Source of the DNA: a virus
Strand: one strand, 5' to 3'
Virus record (IMG/VR): IMGVR_UViG_3300025030_000051
Span: 32,001 to 96,000 of that record
DNA length: 64,000 bases
In this document: positions 21,225 through 31,969 of the stretch, in pieces
Position numbering within the stretch: the stretch's first letter is position 1
Layout: each line of letters begins with the position of its first letter
Made by a program: the position numbers and the translations under genes
The notes under the pieces: generated by a model
The model's database searches: none
Told to the model about the DNA's origin: nothing
The model's input: the letters and a program-made list of their open reading frames with translations, nothing else

Positions 21225-21469
21225 TTCAATATTTTTTTCACTAATTTAACTATTTTAGGATCTTCAAAGTTTTTAATACCATACAATTTTATATTAGATA
21301 ACTTAAGCTTAATATTAGTTTTATCTTTTATTTTTTTTGCTAAATCTATAATATTTTTATTATCTTTTTCCTTCCAGTCAGTTGTAATATCAACACAACT
21401 AGAAAATATTAAAGATTCTAAAATATACTGTAGATCTTCTTCATTTATGTCTATCTTATATGTTTTCAT
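21221..21469 (-). CDS. Hypothetical protein
   Basis: ORF coupled to its neighbours. Confidence 0.55.
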   Translation of the reverse strand: MKTYKIDINEEDLQYILESLIFSSCVDITTDWKEKDNKNIIDLAKKIKDKTNIKLKLSNIKLYGIKNFEDPKIVKLVKKILK

Positions 21470-22436
21470 ATTCTAATATCTCATTAAATTTTTCAATAAA
21501 TTTTTCTTCTGTATATAATTTTTCATAATTATAACGAGTCAATACAGAACACTCGTCATAAAAATCTTTATCATTTACTAATTCATAAGCAACACATCTA
21601 GCTGAATCTAAATCACCCTCTTTTAATGATAAAGAACTGTGGTGTAGTTTTCTTTGAGTATCACAATTTTCATAACCAATACAAGGTAATGATAGAAATG
21701 AACAGTTAAGAGCAAATGTGCCTGCTGCATATACTCTCATCAAATGAATTCCATAAGACATTTTTCTTAAACTCATCATCCAATCATACCAAGGCACGTA
21801 TTGAAGATATTTGATGTCCATAATATTATCTTCACCTAATTTCTTCCTTCCCATTGATGGAGCAAAAATTTGAATGTTCATTTCTTTAGCAATTACATAA
21901 CTGTCTATTCCTGAATACCACTGACAAATCGTACCACCGAGCATCACAGCTTCTTGTCTTGTAAAAATATCATCTGAATTTATTAAATCAGTTATCATTA
22001 AGCTTTGTAGAACATAAACATTTTTTCCAGTTAAACCATAAAAATATGAAACATCACAATCATTATGACAAAATAAGAAATCAGCATCCATTAAAATTTT
22101 TATATATTCAAATTGATGTTGTATTGATGAATCTTGAAAATATTCTTGATTAGCTTCTTGCATAATAGCTATTTTTTTACAGTATTTTCTAATATTTTCA
22201 TTTATGTGTTTTCTTAATATAGGTATTGCATTAAAATTTAATACAAACCATTTTTTTGGAATTATAATTATTCCTAAATCAAAGTTTTCTTGTATTTTTT
22301 CTTCATATAATGGAATGTGTACAGCATTTAAAGCACATATCCATGCACAGTCCGTCCTCATATTGGAAAAATTTCTTGGTATTTTACTATAATAATTACC
22401 TTCGGTAAAAAATGCTATTTTTTTATTTTGTAACAA
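21456..22436 (-). CDS. Putative GT-B glycosyltransferase-like protein
   Basis: HLMRVYAAGTFALNCSFLSLPCIG pattern and location among GT genes. Confidence 0.55.
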   Translation of the reverse strand: MLQNKKIAFFTEGNYYSKIPRNFSNMRTDCAWICALNAVHIPLYEEKIQENFDLGIIIIPKKWFVLNFNAIPILRKHINENIRKYCKKIAIMQEANQEYFQDSSIQHQFEYIKILMDADFLFCHNDCDVSYFYGLTGKNVYVLQSLMITDLINSDDIFTRQEAVMLGGTICQWYSGIDSYVIAKEMNIQIFAPSMGRKKLGEDNIMDIKYLQYVPWYDWMMSLRKMSYGIHLMRVYAAGTFALNCSFLSLPCIGYENCDTQRKLHHSSLSLKEGDLDSARCVAYELVNDKDFYDECSVLTRYNYEKLYTEEKFIEKFNEILEYENI

Positions 22437-22576
22437 AATTTATAATCCTATTTGTGATGAATATTTTTTTAACATCGTACAAATCTATTTTTATTTTTTC
22501 TAAAGAAGATTTGATTAAGTCAAAATTCCATTCGTGACTATAATTATTTTTTATTATAACTTCTATTATTTCTTCT

Positions 22577-23068
22577 TTATTTTTCATTCAATTTTTTTTC
22601 TAAATATTCAAAGGATTTCATAAAAGCTTCTTGTTCTGCCTCGAATCTAGACTTAATATTTTCTCTTTCTATTCCCAAATAACCGCTTTCATTTTGTAAT
22701 TTATAATTCCAAGTATTTAAATATTTTCTTTCTTCGACATCACGAATTAATTCGTAATCTTTATCAATTATTATAAAAATATTATTATCATCAAAGAAAC
22801 TGTAGTTAAAAGCCGAATAAGAAAATTCACACATAGTTTCTTTAGATATATTTACTCCTGTTCTTTTCCACCAATTTAAACAACGTTCAAATGATTTTGG
22901 ATATTTTTGTTTTATTATATCAAAATTTAACTTAATTGTTTTATTTTTCTTTATCTCATTTAATTTTTCTAATGTTGACATTTCAACGTCACTAAGTTCA
23001 CAATCATAATTTTCAAGCAAATCGGCTTTTAACTTATAAAAATCAATGTAATATTGTTTTTCTTTCAT
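22577..23068 (-). CDS. Hypothetical protein
   Basis: 163-aa ORF. Confidence 0.55.
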   Translation of the reverse strand: MKEKQYYIDFYKLKADLLENYDCELSDVEMSTLEKLNEIKKNKTIKLNFDIIKQKYPKSFERCLNWWKRTGVNISKETMCEFSYSAFNYSFFDDNNIFIIIDKDYELIRDVEERKYLNTWNYKLQNESGYLGIERENIKSRFEAEQEAFMKSFEYLEKKLNEK

Positions 23069-23242
23069 ATCATTTTAATATTTAAAATTAAAGAACTAAC
23101 TTTTACATAATTGTTTATTTCTGGTAAAAATATTTCTATACTAGCACCATCAAGAGGCTTTTTAGAAATATAGCAAATATTTTTTTCCTTACAATATTTA
23201 GCTCTTTCAATTATTTCTTTAGCTGTTAATGCTTTTTTCAAG

Positions 23243-23893
23243 TTATCTCACTATTTTTGAATACATTTCATTCTGTTTTATCTGTTTCTCAAGACTTTTT
23301 TCATGATATAAAGCAAATTCTAATTTGAATGGTAAATTAGTTTCAGTTTCATGACCTAATATTATTTCATGTACTGAGCCGTACCAACATATTCTTTTAG
23401 TATTTTTAAAAATTCTGCCTTGTTTGTCTGGCCAATTATTTACTAAATCATTATAACCATCTAATTTTGTCATTCTCCACCCCCATTTTTTAATCCATTC
23501 ACTTGTAATTCCCTTGACAATATTTGTTCTTGGAATCCAGAATAGTTCTATATCTTTATTTGCTTCTAATATTGTCTTTAAATTTTCTAATAAGTAAGAT
23601 GATGGAATTTCGTCACAATCTATTTGAAAAATCCAATCTTTTGTACATTTATTCTTGCCAAAATTTTTAAATGAAGCAAAATCATTATTAAGAGAATAGT
23701 TATAATATAACAATTTTTTTGTATTAAGTAAACCATATTTATATACTTCATCATCTTTTATTTTATCAGACTCTATATCTTGAAGCACAATTATTTCATC
23801 TTCTTCATCTTTTTTAGACAATAGATAAGAAATTAATTTCTTAATTTCTTGTAGTTCATCATGCACTGTAACTAAAAAACTAACTGTCACCAT
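23243..23893 (-). CDS. Glycosyltransferase family 2
   Basis: DFASFKN..WIFQIDCDE (DxD)..PDKQGRIF..VHE. Confidence 0.88.
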   Translation of the reverse strand: MVTVSFLVTVHDELQEIKKLISYLLSKKDEEDEIIVLQDIESDKIKDDEVYKYGLLNTKKLLYYNYSLNNDFASFKNFGKNKCTKDWIFQIDCDEIPSSYLLENLKTILEANKDIELFWIPRTNIVKGITSEWIKKWGWRMTKLDGYNDLVNNWPDKQGRIFKNTKRICWYGSVHEIILGHETETNLPFKLEFALYHEKSLEKQIKQNEMYSKIVR

Positions 23894-24071
23894 CTATATC
23901 TATTAAATTCGTCATTTATTAAATAATTTTTTATTGATATGTTAAAAGTAAAATTAAAATTTCTAAGTGAACCATCACTAAATCCATCAATTTTATTATT
24001 TAAATCGTAAAATATTTTAACCCAAATCTTACTACAGATATTAAAAAAAGTTAAATCAATGTTGTTTTTTT

Positions 24072-24515
24072 TCATTTCACAAAGAAATTATAAGCAACCA
24101 ATCTCAAGCTATGGATGTCTTCATATTTATATGTTCTGTAATGTATGTTTTTATGAGTATCTAAATAATGACGCATTCTTATTCTGTAAAACGACTCTGG
24201 CGTCTGGGATTCAGTAGACAGCTTTCTTAACGCAGGAACAAATTTATCTGGTTCGTCTGTTTCCACTTCTTTTACTTCTTGTATGACAAATTTCCTGAAA
24301 GTATTTACATCTTCTAACGTCATATAGTCTAATACTATTGAATGTAGTAGATTATTAAATCTTGGATTTAATACTATTAATGTTGGATGTTTATTGTTCT
24401 CTGATTTTGGATAGTAAAAAGTTATAATCTGGCCTATTTTTATTGATGCCCTTCTAATAGGAATGTAGCCCGTTATTCTTTTTTCTATGTGTGTTAAAAT
24501 ATAATTACGAGGCAT
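24072..24515 (-). CDS. Conserved phage protein (possibly DNA end-protector-like)
   Basis: GQIITFYY..LDYM..YRTY; only a weak resemblance. Confidence 0.4.
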   Translation of the reverse strand: MPRNYILTHIEKRITGYIPIRRASIKIGQIITFYYPKSENNKHPTLIVLNPRFNNLLHSIVLDYMTLEDVNTFRKFVIQEVKEVETDEPDKFVPALRKLSTESQTPESFYRIRMRHYLDTHKNIHYRTYKYEDIHSLRLVAYNFFVK

Positions 24516-24891
24516 AAATAATTTTTCAAAAGTTATATTTTTTTAATAAATTTAGACTCAATTAATTTTTTAAATAATTTTTTAGCATCTTTAAGTGCTA
24601 ATTTTACATTCCTATGTGGTTGTTTACAAGATATATTTCCTTGAATAATTCCTATCCACTTTTGTTGTTTTGAATAGTCAAAAGTATTTAAGTTAATTGC
24701 TGCATAACCCTTTATAATATTTATCATATCTTCACTTTAAGACTTTTAAATTTGATTTCAAATAATTGTATTGCTCTCCACATTACTATTTCCAAATTTG
24801 TAATTTTTATAGAAGAAAAATCTGTTATTTCTATGTTGAGTAGTTTTTGATAAAGAGTCCACTTAATTTCTTTCATAATGTAAGTTATTAA

Positions 24892-25152
24892 TCAGTCTTT
24901 CATAATCTTTCTGTCTATATAAATAATTAAATCATCTAACTCTTCTTTTCTTTTTACAATCTTATTCTTATAAATTTTTAGTTGTTTTTTATTCATTCTA
25001 TCTATAAACATAAAATTTAATGAATTTTTCTTAAATCTTTTTTGTTTTTTTAATTCTGATTGTTCAAATTCATTCCAAGTATTTTTTAAATTAGAAAAAT
25101 CAAAAATTTTATTTTCAATATTTATATTAGGATCAATAATGCCTTTTTTCAT
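24892..25152 (-). CDS. Hypothetical protein
   Basis: ORF in operon-like packing. Confidence 0.5.
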   Translation of the reverse strand: MKKGIIDPNINIENKIFDFSNLKNTWNEFEQSELKKQKRFKKNSLNFMFIDRMNKKQLKIYKNKIVKRKEELDDLIIYIDRKIMKD

Positions 25153-25156
25153 GTAA

Positions 25157-25612
25157 TTACTCTATTTCCAAATCTTGAGATACATTTCCCATTTTTTTAC
25201 ATGCATCTATAAACCTATACTTATCAAATTTTTCACTTAAGTCAACTGCAAACCTTTGAGTGTATTCATCTCCATAATTGTTTTTTTCACTTTCATTTAT
25301 TTCAATAATAGGGGTGTATACCCATTTCCAGTCTTCCTTTATCCCTTCTGGATAGATAGATCCCCTTGTGCTTATTAACACAATTGGAAACCAGTGCAAC
25401 CCCCTGTCTTCATCATATAAACTCAAATCTAAAATCAACTGTGAAACGTTGTTCATTGATTTAATCAACTCACCAGTCTTAAAATTACTGTTTGTAGTAA
25501 AGCCACATTTTAAGCACAAATATGAATATATGTTATCACCAAGATCTTTTGAAAGTTCTGTTTTAATTACGTTTTTAGTATTACAATTTATACAAATTTC
25601 TTTTTGTTCCAC
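25157..25612 (-). CDS. Zn-binding conserved phage protein
   Basis: CINC..CLKCGFTTNS..WFP. Confidence 0.65.
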   Translation of the reverse strand: MEQKEICINCNTKNVIKTELSKDLGDNIYSYLCLKCGFTTNSNFKTGELIKSMNNVSQLILDLSLYDEDRGLHWFPIVLISTRGSIYPEGIKEDWKWVYTPIIEINESEKNNYGDEYTQRFAVDLSEKFDKYRFIDACKKMGNVSQDLEIE

Positions 25613-25774
25613 TATTCATTCCTATTATAAAATCTTTTTGCTTCATTATAGCCTTCTAAAAGAAAGACAGAAAATGCAGCTATAGATAAACTTGGATAAA
25701 ATAAAAATAAAATGATTATTGATCTATATATTATCAACAAATATTTTTTTATTTTTAAATATATTTTTAATCTT

Positions 25775-26002
25775 TTATCCATGGAGTATCTCTTTATATC
25801 GTTCAAATTGAGATTTAAACAACTCATCTGTATATAATAATTGTTCTCCGTCTTCATCTATTACTATCCAATCGTTTTTATTTGCTTTTACTTCAGTCAG
25901 AGTTTTACCGCCTTCTGTAAGTAAGATAACCTTTCTATCAGAAATAACTTGATTGGCTATTACTAGATTATTACTTAATTTTTTTTTATATTTTTCGTTC
26001 AT
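25775..26002 (-). CDS. Hypothetical protein
   Basis: DWIVIDEDGE..FKSQFE; overlaps the GT4 stop codon. Confidence 0.55.
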   Translation of the reverse strand: MNEKYKKKLSNNLVIANQVISDRKVILLTEGGKTLTEVKANKNDWIVIDEDGEQLLYTDELFKSQFERYKEILHG

Positions 26003-27336
26003 TTATCTTCTCCAATCTTTTTCAATTTAGGCAAAACTGGTAAGGCAATATTTTCATTAGTACGTTTTAATTTTGGTAATGGAGGAAGTACTATATCTTT
26101 AGTTTCTGGAAACTTAGGGACGTTTTCTTCCATTATTTTATCTAATTCTTCTATCATTTTATCGAATGAAAACTTTTCTTTGTTTTGTTGAGCTAACAAC
26201 CTTGCGTTTGGTAAAAATGTTTGATATCTTTTCCAAACGTCTACCATAACTTGAGAGGCAAATGAATAGTTTATATTGAACCAACTAGAGTTTGGTTCAA
26301 TTACTCCATTCCAAACAGCAGAAGGATGAACCTGCTTAATTTCACCAGGTAACAATAATACTAATTCTTTCGGCAAAAAATCAACATGTCCAGACCATCC
26401 ACTGACCATAATAGGCTTTTCGCTTAAACTTGCTTCAAGCAGAGGCCTACCAAAGCCCTCTCCTTTTGTAAAGCTAACGTGTATTTTTATCTTAGAATGA
26501 TTATATAGTCCATTCATATCTTCAGAAGACAGATCGCCAAATAATAAATAAATATTTGGCAAATCACCCTTTATATCCTTTTTTATTGCTTCAATTTTTC
26601 TAATAGTATCAAGTCTGTCAATATAAGAAAATGTATTTCCAGTTTTTAATAATAAAGCAGGTTTATTAGGCTTATTTTTAAACGTTTCTAAAAATGTCTT
26701 AATCAACATTCCCACATCTTTTCTATCAGCTCCAAGTCCTCCTTGTAGCCAATGGCCTACAAATAAGAAAACAAAATCTTCTTTTATTTTATTTAATTCG
26801 TGCCTAATTTTAGTCTGAATATTTTCAGTTTTATAAAAAATAGAAGTATCAACACCCTCAAATAAAACATGAATTGGTTTAGTACAACTCAAATTACCAA
26901 TAACCTGCTTTGTAACATTATCTTGCTGAGTATATTTTGTATTAACAAAAACGTTCTTAGCAAAAATAGAAGGAACAATATTGAAGTTCATTCTGTTCAG
27001 TCCTTCAATCCAAGCTGGGGAACATATTGTCGTCTCAATACCGGCTGTAATGCCTATATTAAACATTGCTATTTGTTGAAACTCATTTGGAACTGATAGT
27101 TGTATAGAAATTTCTGGTTTTTTTGGTAAATTAGGAGTTGGAATTATTTTAGATATAATTTCATCATCAATGCCCTTTTTTAAAGCAGACCTGGGGAGTG
27201 TTCCCCAACGAATAGATAAAATTTTAATATCATATTTATCTATTTTTAAAAGAGAATTAACTATTGATTTAGAATGTTCGCCATAACCTGAACGGGAATC
27301 AACAGGACCAATAAACAATAAAGTTGGTTTACTCAT
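25999..27336 (-). CDS. Glycosyltransferase family 4 (GT-B)
   Basis: SGYGEHS; FLFVGHW..DRKD; KGEGFGRPLLEA..WSGHVDF. Confidence 0.92.
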   Translation of the reverse strand: MSKPTLLFIGPVDSRSGYGEHSKSIVNSLLKIDKYDIKILSIRWGTLPRSALKKGIDDEIISKIIPTPNLPKKPEISIQLSVPNEFQQIAMFNIGITAGIETTICSPAWIEGLNRMNFNIVPSIFAKNVFVNTKYTQQDNVTKQVIGNLSCTKPIHVLFEGVDTSIFYKTENIQTKIRHELNKIKEDFVFLFVGHWLQGGLGADRKDVGMLIKTFLETFKNKPNKPALLLKTGNTFSYIDRLDTIRKIEAIKKDIKGDLPNIYLLFGDLSSEDMNGLYNHSKIKIHVSFTKGEGFGRPLLEASLSEKPIMVSGWSGHVDFLPKELVLLLPGEIKQVHPSAVWNGVIEPNSSWFNINYSFASQVMVDVWKRYQTFLPNARLLAQQNKEKFSFDKMIEELDKIMEENVPKFPETKDIVLPPLPKLKRTNENIALPVLPKLKKIGEDK

Positions 27337-27666
27337 TATTAATTCCAGTCAAGAAAAATTTTTGTCTAATTCGCAAAAAATCACATTTTAAAAATTTTTT
27401 TATTTCATTTTGTCGCCTAACATCTAATATTTTCATTTTAATCTCTAACTAAAATTGACTGTTTTTCATACAATTTTAATAATGTATTGTCAAAAATATT
27501 TCTATTCATTAGACTCCATTATTTATCATATACTGCATTATAAATGAATATATTCTATTCTTAAAAATAATACTTTTATATTCTTCAAGAAATAATTTAG
27601 CAATAAAATTTAATTTAAAAGAAATGTTTTCATTTATACTATTTAATAATTGTTTTCTTAGTAACA

Positions 27667-29145
27667 TCATATATGTATCAACTCATATCTTTCTCTCGGT
27701 TTAAATTCTTCAAAGCACCTTTCCATATCCTGAATAAATCTTCTGCACATTTCAGATGCCTCCATACCTACTTCTTTTTTGAGCATAAATTCCCTTCCCA
27801 ATAAACCGTATTCCTTTCTCTTTTCATATCCTAAATTATACAGATATAATAGTCCTTCAGCTGCATCTTCCCATTTTGCCCTATCGTCAAAAATATATGG
27901 AGTTGGTGGTGAACCAACTAAACCCCTTGCTGCTGGGAATAATGGAAAAGCCCACTTACCACATTTTTTGAATCTACCATCATGATTACTACCCCATTTC
28001 TTGTCAAACTTAATTGGATTCCCTTCATCATCTACAAATCCCATCTGATCTTGAAGTCCACCAGTAACTGTTGCTAAAATAGGAGTTCCACTCATTAATG
28101 ATTCCGCTGTTGCTAGACCAAACCCTTCAGCACTTGCTAAGTTTATCGTAACATCAGAAATGTTATATAAATAGTTCAATTGAAACGATGGTAATCTTGC
28201 ATCATAATAAATAATATCATAATCCTTACACAATTCATTACCGACCTCTGGTAAATCTGTTCCGTTAGGATCAACTAATTGAGTATGCATTATCAACACG
28301 CATTTTTTTGCATTTTCTTTTGATAATTGATCACAAAACAATTTAAATGCCAAAATTACATCACCTGGAGATTTTCTTTTAATATTTCTATTATTATATA
28401 AAATTATAAAATTATAATCTTTATCACCAAAAATATCTTTCCTATATTTAATCATCCCTTCGTAATCATTCTTTAATTCCTTAACTCCATTGTTATCAAA
28501 TTCACGAACAATTCCTTGCTCTAATTCTGTAATTGGAAAATGGTTTTTTGAATTAATACCGTGTGGGATATAAGTAATTATTCTTTTGTCTGAACCTAAA
28601 ACATTATTAACAATATTTTCAGTCTGTTTACTGATACACATTAATAGATCACATCCCTGATAATAGGAACGATTATAAGTTGGATTGGGAACGTTATCCC
28701 AAACTGTATAAAAAAACAATGGTATTTTTTGTCTTATTTCGTGTTCCATATTAAACATCCAAATAAACTGTCGCGGATCTGTATACATCATTACTGCATC
28801 AATATTTAATTCTTCAATTAACGAACGAATTAAATCTGGATCTCCATAACCATCATTTGGTTGAATGACAACCTTTGCATCTGTTATTCCTAATGTAGCA
28901 TTTACATCTTGAGAAACATCTATACGTTTACCTTTATCTGGATGATTTATGGCAGCGCCAATTTGAAAAAAATTAAACCTATGAGCTGTACCCATTACAA
29001 TTTCTTTTGATACTACACCTACACCTGATGATAATCTTAGCTATAGGTCATCTGATAATAGAAGAATATTTTTACGATCTTTTTGTTGAACGTATTCATA
29101 TTCATTTATTATCAAACGACCTATAGTACCTCCATTCTCTATCAT
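27667..29145 (-). CDS. Glycosyltransferase family 4; true start at 29145 with an in-frame TAG at codon 35 (29041-29043), candidate recoding site
   Basis: GGAG RBS, then MIENGGTIGRLIINEYEYVQQKDRKNILLLSDDL*LRLSSGVGVVSKEIVM, in frame with track ORF 27667-28995 (RNIKRK, EGFGLATAES, TGGLQDQM). Confidence 0.85.
29041..29126 (-). promoter_or_regulatory. 86-nt mRNA stem-loop ending exactly on the in-frame UAG
   Basis: Arms CUAUAGGUCGUUUGAUAAUA... and ...UAUUAUCAGAUGACCUAUAG; 31 of 36 positions paired (29 WC, 2 G-U), 14-nt loop. Confidence 0.85.
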
Positions 29146-29293
29146 TTTTTACTCCAATATAAATTGTTATAAACACTTTTTTGATTATCAAAAATCATCG
29201 AATAGTTATAACCATTATTTATTACACCTTATTTTTTAAGTAATAAATTTTTTTCATTTTTATTAAAAGTCCACATTGATTTGACTTCTACAA

Positions 29294-29494
29294 TTAAATC
29301 ATATTATTTAATGCATCATCTATCAGTTTTTCCAACATATCATCATAAGTAAAAAAAATATCATGTGGTCCAGTTCCATGTAAGTTAGATATTAATTGAC
29401 AAAGTCTGATATCATATTGTTTTTCATATAATTTTAAAAGTTTTTCAATTAAACGTTTTTTATCTTCTGGATCTCTATAATTTATATATTTCAT
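29294..29494 (-). CDS. Hypothetical protein (duplicated at 33955-34147)
   Basis: DIRLCQLISNL..DIFFTYDD. Confidence 0.65.
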   Translation of the reverse strand: MKYINYRDPEDKKRLIEKLLKLYEKQYDIRLCQLISNLHGTGPHDIFFTYDDMLEKLIDDALNNMI

Positions 29495-29676
29495 AATAAA
29501 CTTCCGCTTATTTGTAAATAATTTATTTTATTAACAATTTTATCCCTAAATTGAGATTCACTTAGAAAAAATTTTATACAAGTATCAACAAAATTTGTCA
29601 AATTAATCTTATTATTAAAACAATCAACTTTAAATTCTTTGTATTGACTTTCTTCTAAATTTATAGATGTAAGCAA
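29491..29676 (-). CDS. Small RHH-like conserved phage protein
   Basis: LTSINLEESQYKEFKVDC pattern. Confidence 0.5.
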   Translation of the reverse strand: MLTSINLEESQYKEFKVDCFNNKINLTNFVDTCIKFFLSESQFRDKIVNKINYLQISGSLL

Positions 29677-29913
29677 AATAGACCCATTATTTCTTTAATG
29701 AATTAAGAAGTTCTTTTTTAACATATATGACTATAGAAGAATAAATATTTCCCCCAAGCCCAAGCGCATAATCAAAACCTTCAATTTCAGAACAAAGATT
29801 GAAAATTTTCTTGTAAATGTACCAGGTAATTTGTTTTTTATTCACTTATGATATAAATATAATGAAAATTTCATTTAATTTTTTGTTACTCAATTTTTCA
29901 ACTTTGACACTTT

Positions 29914-30303
29914 TTAACATATAATAATTTCTTTATTCAACTTATTAGCCATTTCTATTAAAATATGTTTCTTGTCTTCATTGTTTTCTATAAAGAATAC
30001 TATCTTCTCACAGTACTTTATATAGTTGTTATAAGTAGCGAATATATGTTTTTTACTGAATTTTTTACCAAATTTATATCTTTCTTCGGCACAATAACTG
30101 TTCCAGTGTTTATAATATGGAATAAATTCTTTATAATTTAATTCAAAATTCAAAGAAAATTTTTTGACAAACTTATCTGTTCCGTTTTCATTATCTAAAC
30201 CTACTATTTCAGTTTCTGGATGTTCCTTTTTTATCTTCCACAATAGATCCTGTATCTTTAGCTTTTGAGTGAAAAATTTGCTTCCTGTAATTCCTATTTT
30301 CAT
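29914..30303 (-). CDS. SLOG family (DUF2493/YspA-like) protein
   Basis: KIGITGS..GTDKFVKKF. Confidence 0.7.
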   Translation of the reverse strand: MKIGITGSKFFTQKLKIQDLLWKIKKEHPETEIVGLDNENGTDKFVKKFSLNFELNYKEFIPYYKHWNSYCAEERYKFGKKFSKKHIFATYNNYIKYCEKIVFFIENNEDKKHILIEMANKLNKEIIIC

Positions 30304-30661
30304 CCTTTTCCAAGCTTGATTTAATTAAATTGTAAAATTGAAATACTGAATTAATAAATGAATTTGAGTCATCATAATATATTTTAAACCTGCACGGATT
30401 ATTATAATTCTTTATCGATATGTCAGCAAAAAAATGGATGTTTAATAATGGCTTATCGTGTAAGGTTATATTTCTTTTTTTACACATGTTTAAAATTTCT
30501 TCAATTTTAACCTTATCTTTTATATCATGCCATAAAAAGAATTCTAATACAATATTCTTATGCAAATTTGAAAAATACTCTATGGAATTAAAAAAAGTGT
30601 CTAAATCAGGCAGTGTATATTCTGACAACTGTATTCTAACATTAAAATGGTTTTTTTTCAA
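30209..30661 (-). CDS. Hypothetical protein
   Basis: ORF. Confidence 0.5.
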   Translation of the reverse strand: MKKNHFNVRIQLSEYTLPDLDTFFNSIEYFSNLHKNIVLEFFLWHDIKDKVKIEEILNMCKKRNITLHDKPLLNIHFFADISIKNYNNPCRFKIYYDDSNSFINSVFQFYNLIKSSLEKDENRNYRKQIFHSKAKDTGSIVEDKKGTSRN

Positions 30662-30818
30662 AATTATTTAAAAAATCTTTTAATTATTAATTCAACTAAT
30701 TCTAATTTTTGTTTTGTTATTAACATAATTGTACTATTTTTAGCACTTTCTTTCACATCAAAGAATTTTTTGTTTAAATGTTCAAGCGCTTTGTTTAATA
30801 TTATTCTATCTTTTTTAA

Positions 30819-31685
30819 TCATATTTCATTCATACCAACACTACACAAATCTTTTTTATTTTTAAATGGACAATAAAAACAATTACGTTTTGATGGATTA
30901 GCTTTATAATCAAAATTTAAGTTATAGTTTCCATTACTATCAAACACGTTATCAACAAAATCAATTAATTCTTTACCAACTTTATTTATTATTCTATCTC
31001 CAGATGGTGGCACAAATCTTTGAACCCTTTTAACTTCATAATCTTGACTTTTGAAAATTTTCTGCTTGAATATCAAAAATTCAACTTTTATTTTGTCTAA
31101 ATCAATATTATTTTGCTCAGCATAGAATTTCTTATATAGTTGCAATTGGGCTCTTTTCATCAAGTCTTTCTTGGCATTTTCTTTCCAGCCTCTATAAGAT
31201 TTCTTAAAATCGTATAAAACATAAGTATTAGAATCAATATGCTTTACAGCACAATCTATTCTTCCTATAAAATTTATATTTGATTTTATTGGTATAGATA
31301 TTTCTATTTCACAACCCAAGAACTCATAGCCCTTTTTTAAGAAATAATCACTTCTTTTTTTCTTAAACCATTCTAAAATTTTAATTCCATCTTTATAGAA
31401 TTCCATCATCTGATCTTTTGATGTAAAATCACCGTACTCAGAATATTGATTAAATATCTCTGACATTTTGTTTAATAAAATTTCGTTAAGATTTAGCTCG
31501 TTAGCAGTCTTTTCACTTTTTTCATAAAAATCAATTAAATATGTTTGTAGTGTATCATTTAATGCTGAGCCAAACAGTGAATGAATATTTACATCTTTTA
31601 CTTTATGTCTATCTATATATAATAACTTCCACTGTAATTGACAGTTTGTAAATACACTAAACTGTGAAAATGAAACGTGCTTCAT
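30819..31685 (-). CDS. PD-(D/E)XK nuclease (RecB/Cas4-like exonuclease)
   Basis: SFSQ..C; FIGRID; YDFK; QLQLY; CFYCPF..C. Confidence 0.88.
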   Translation of the reverse strand: MKHVSFSQFSVFTNCQLQWKLLYIDRHKVKDVNIHSLFGSALNDTLQTYLIDFYEKSEKTANELNLNEILLNKMSEIFNQYSEYGDFTSKDQMMEFYKDGIKILEWFKKKRSDYFLKKGYEFLGCEIEISIPIKSNINFIGRIDCAVKHIDSNTYVLYDFKKSYRGWKENAKKDLMKRAQLQLYKKFYAEQNNIDLDKIKVEFLIFKQKIFKSQDYEVKRVQRFVPPSGDRIINKVGKELIDFVDNVFDSNGNYNLNFDYKANPSKRNCFYCPFKNKKDLCSVGMNEI

Positions 31686-31969
31686 TGTATTAATGCCCCA
31701 TTAAAAAATATTCATTTCTAGTTATATATCTGATTTATATATTGTCATAATTTACTGTTAACATATAAAATTAAATCTTCTAAATCTTCTTTTCTTTCAA
31801 CTATCTTTTTTCTATATGATTTTAATTCTTTTTTACTCATATTGTCTATAAAATTAAAGTTTGTCTAATAGATTTGTTCCATAACAATTCCAATTTTCTT
31901 TAGAACAGTCTTCTTTTAATTTTTCTATTCTTTTTAAACTTATTAGTTTTTTTCCATTAAAACTTCAAC

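Noticed and set aside
29041-29043. Genome-wide TAG reassignment (code 15)
   Set aside because: TAG ends several genes right before the next start (e.g. 1697, 36321), and long ORFs contain no internal TAGs
29041-29126. MITE with terminal inverted repeats
   Set aside because: The element encodes the GT4 first strand (KNILLLSDDL); removing 86 nt would frameshift the gene; the G-U pairs favour an RNA structure
30819-31685. cas4 / CRISPR-Cas system
   Set aside because: Stand-alone phage PD-(D/E)XK exonuclease; no other cas genes or array
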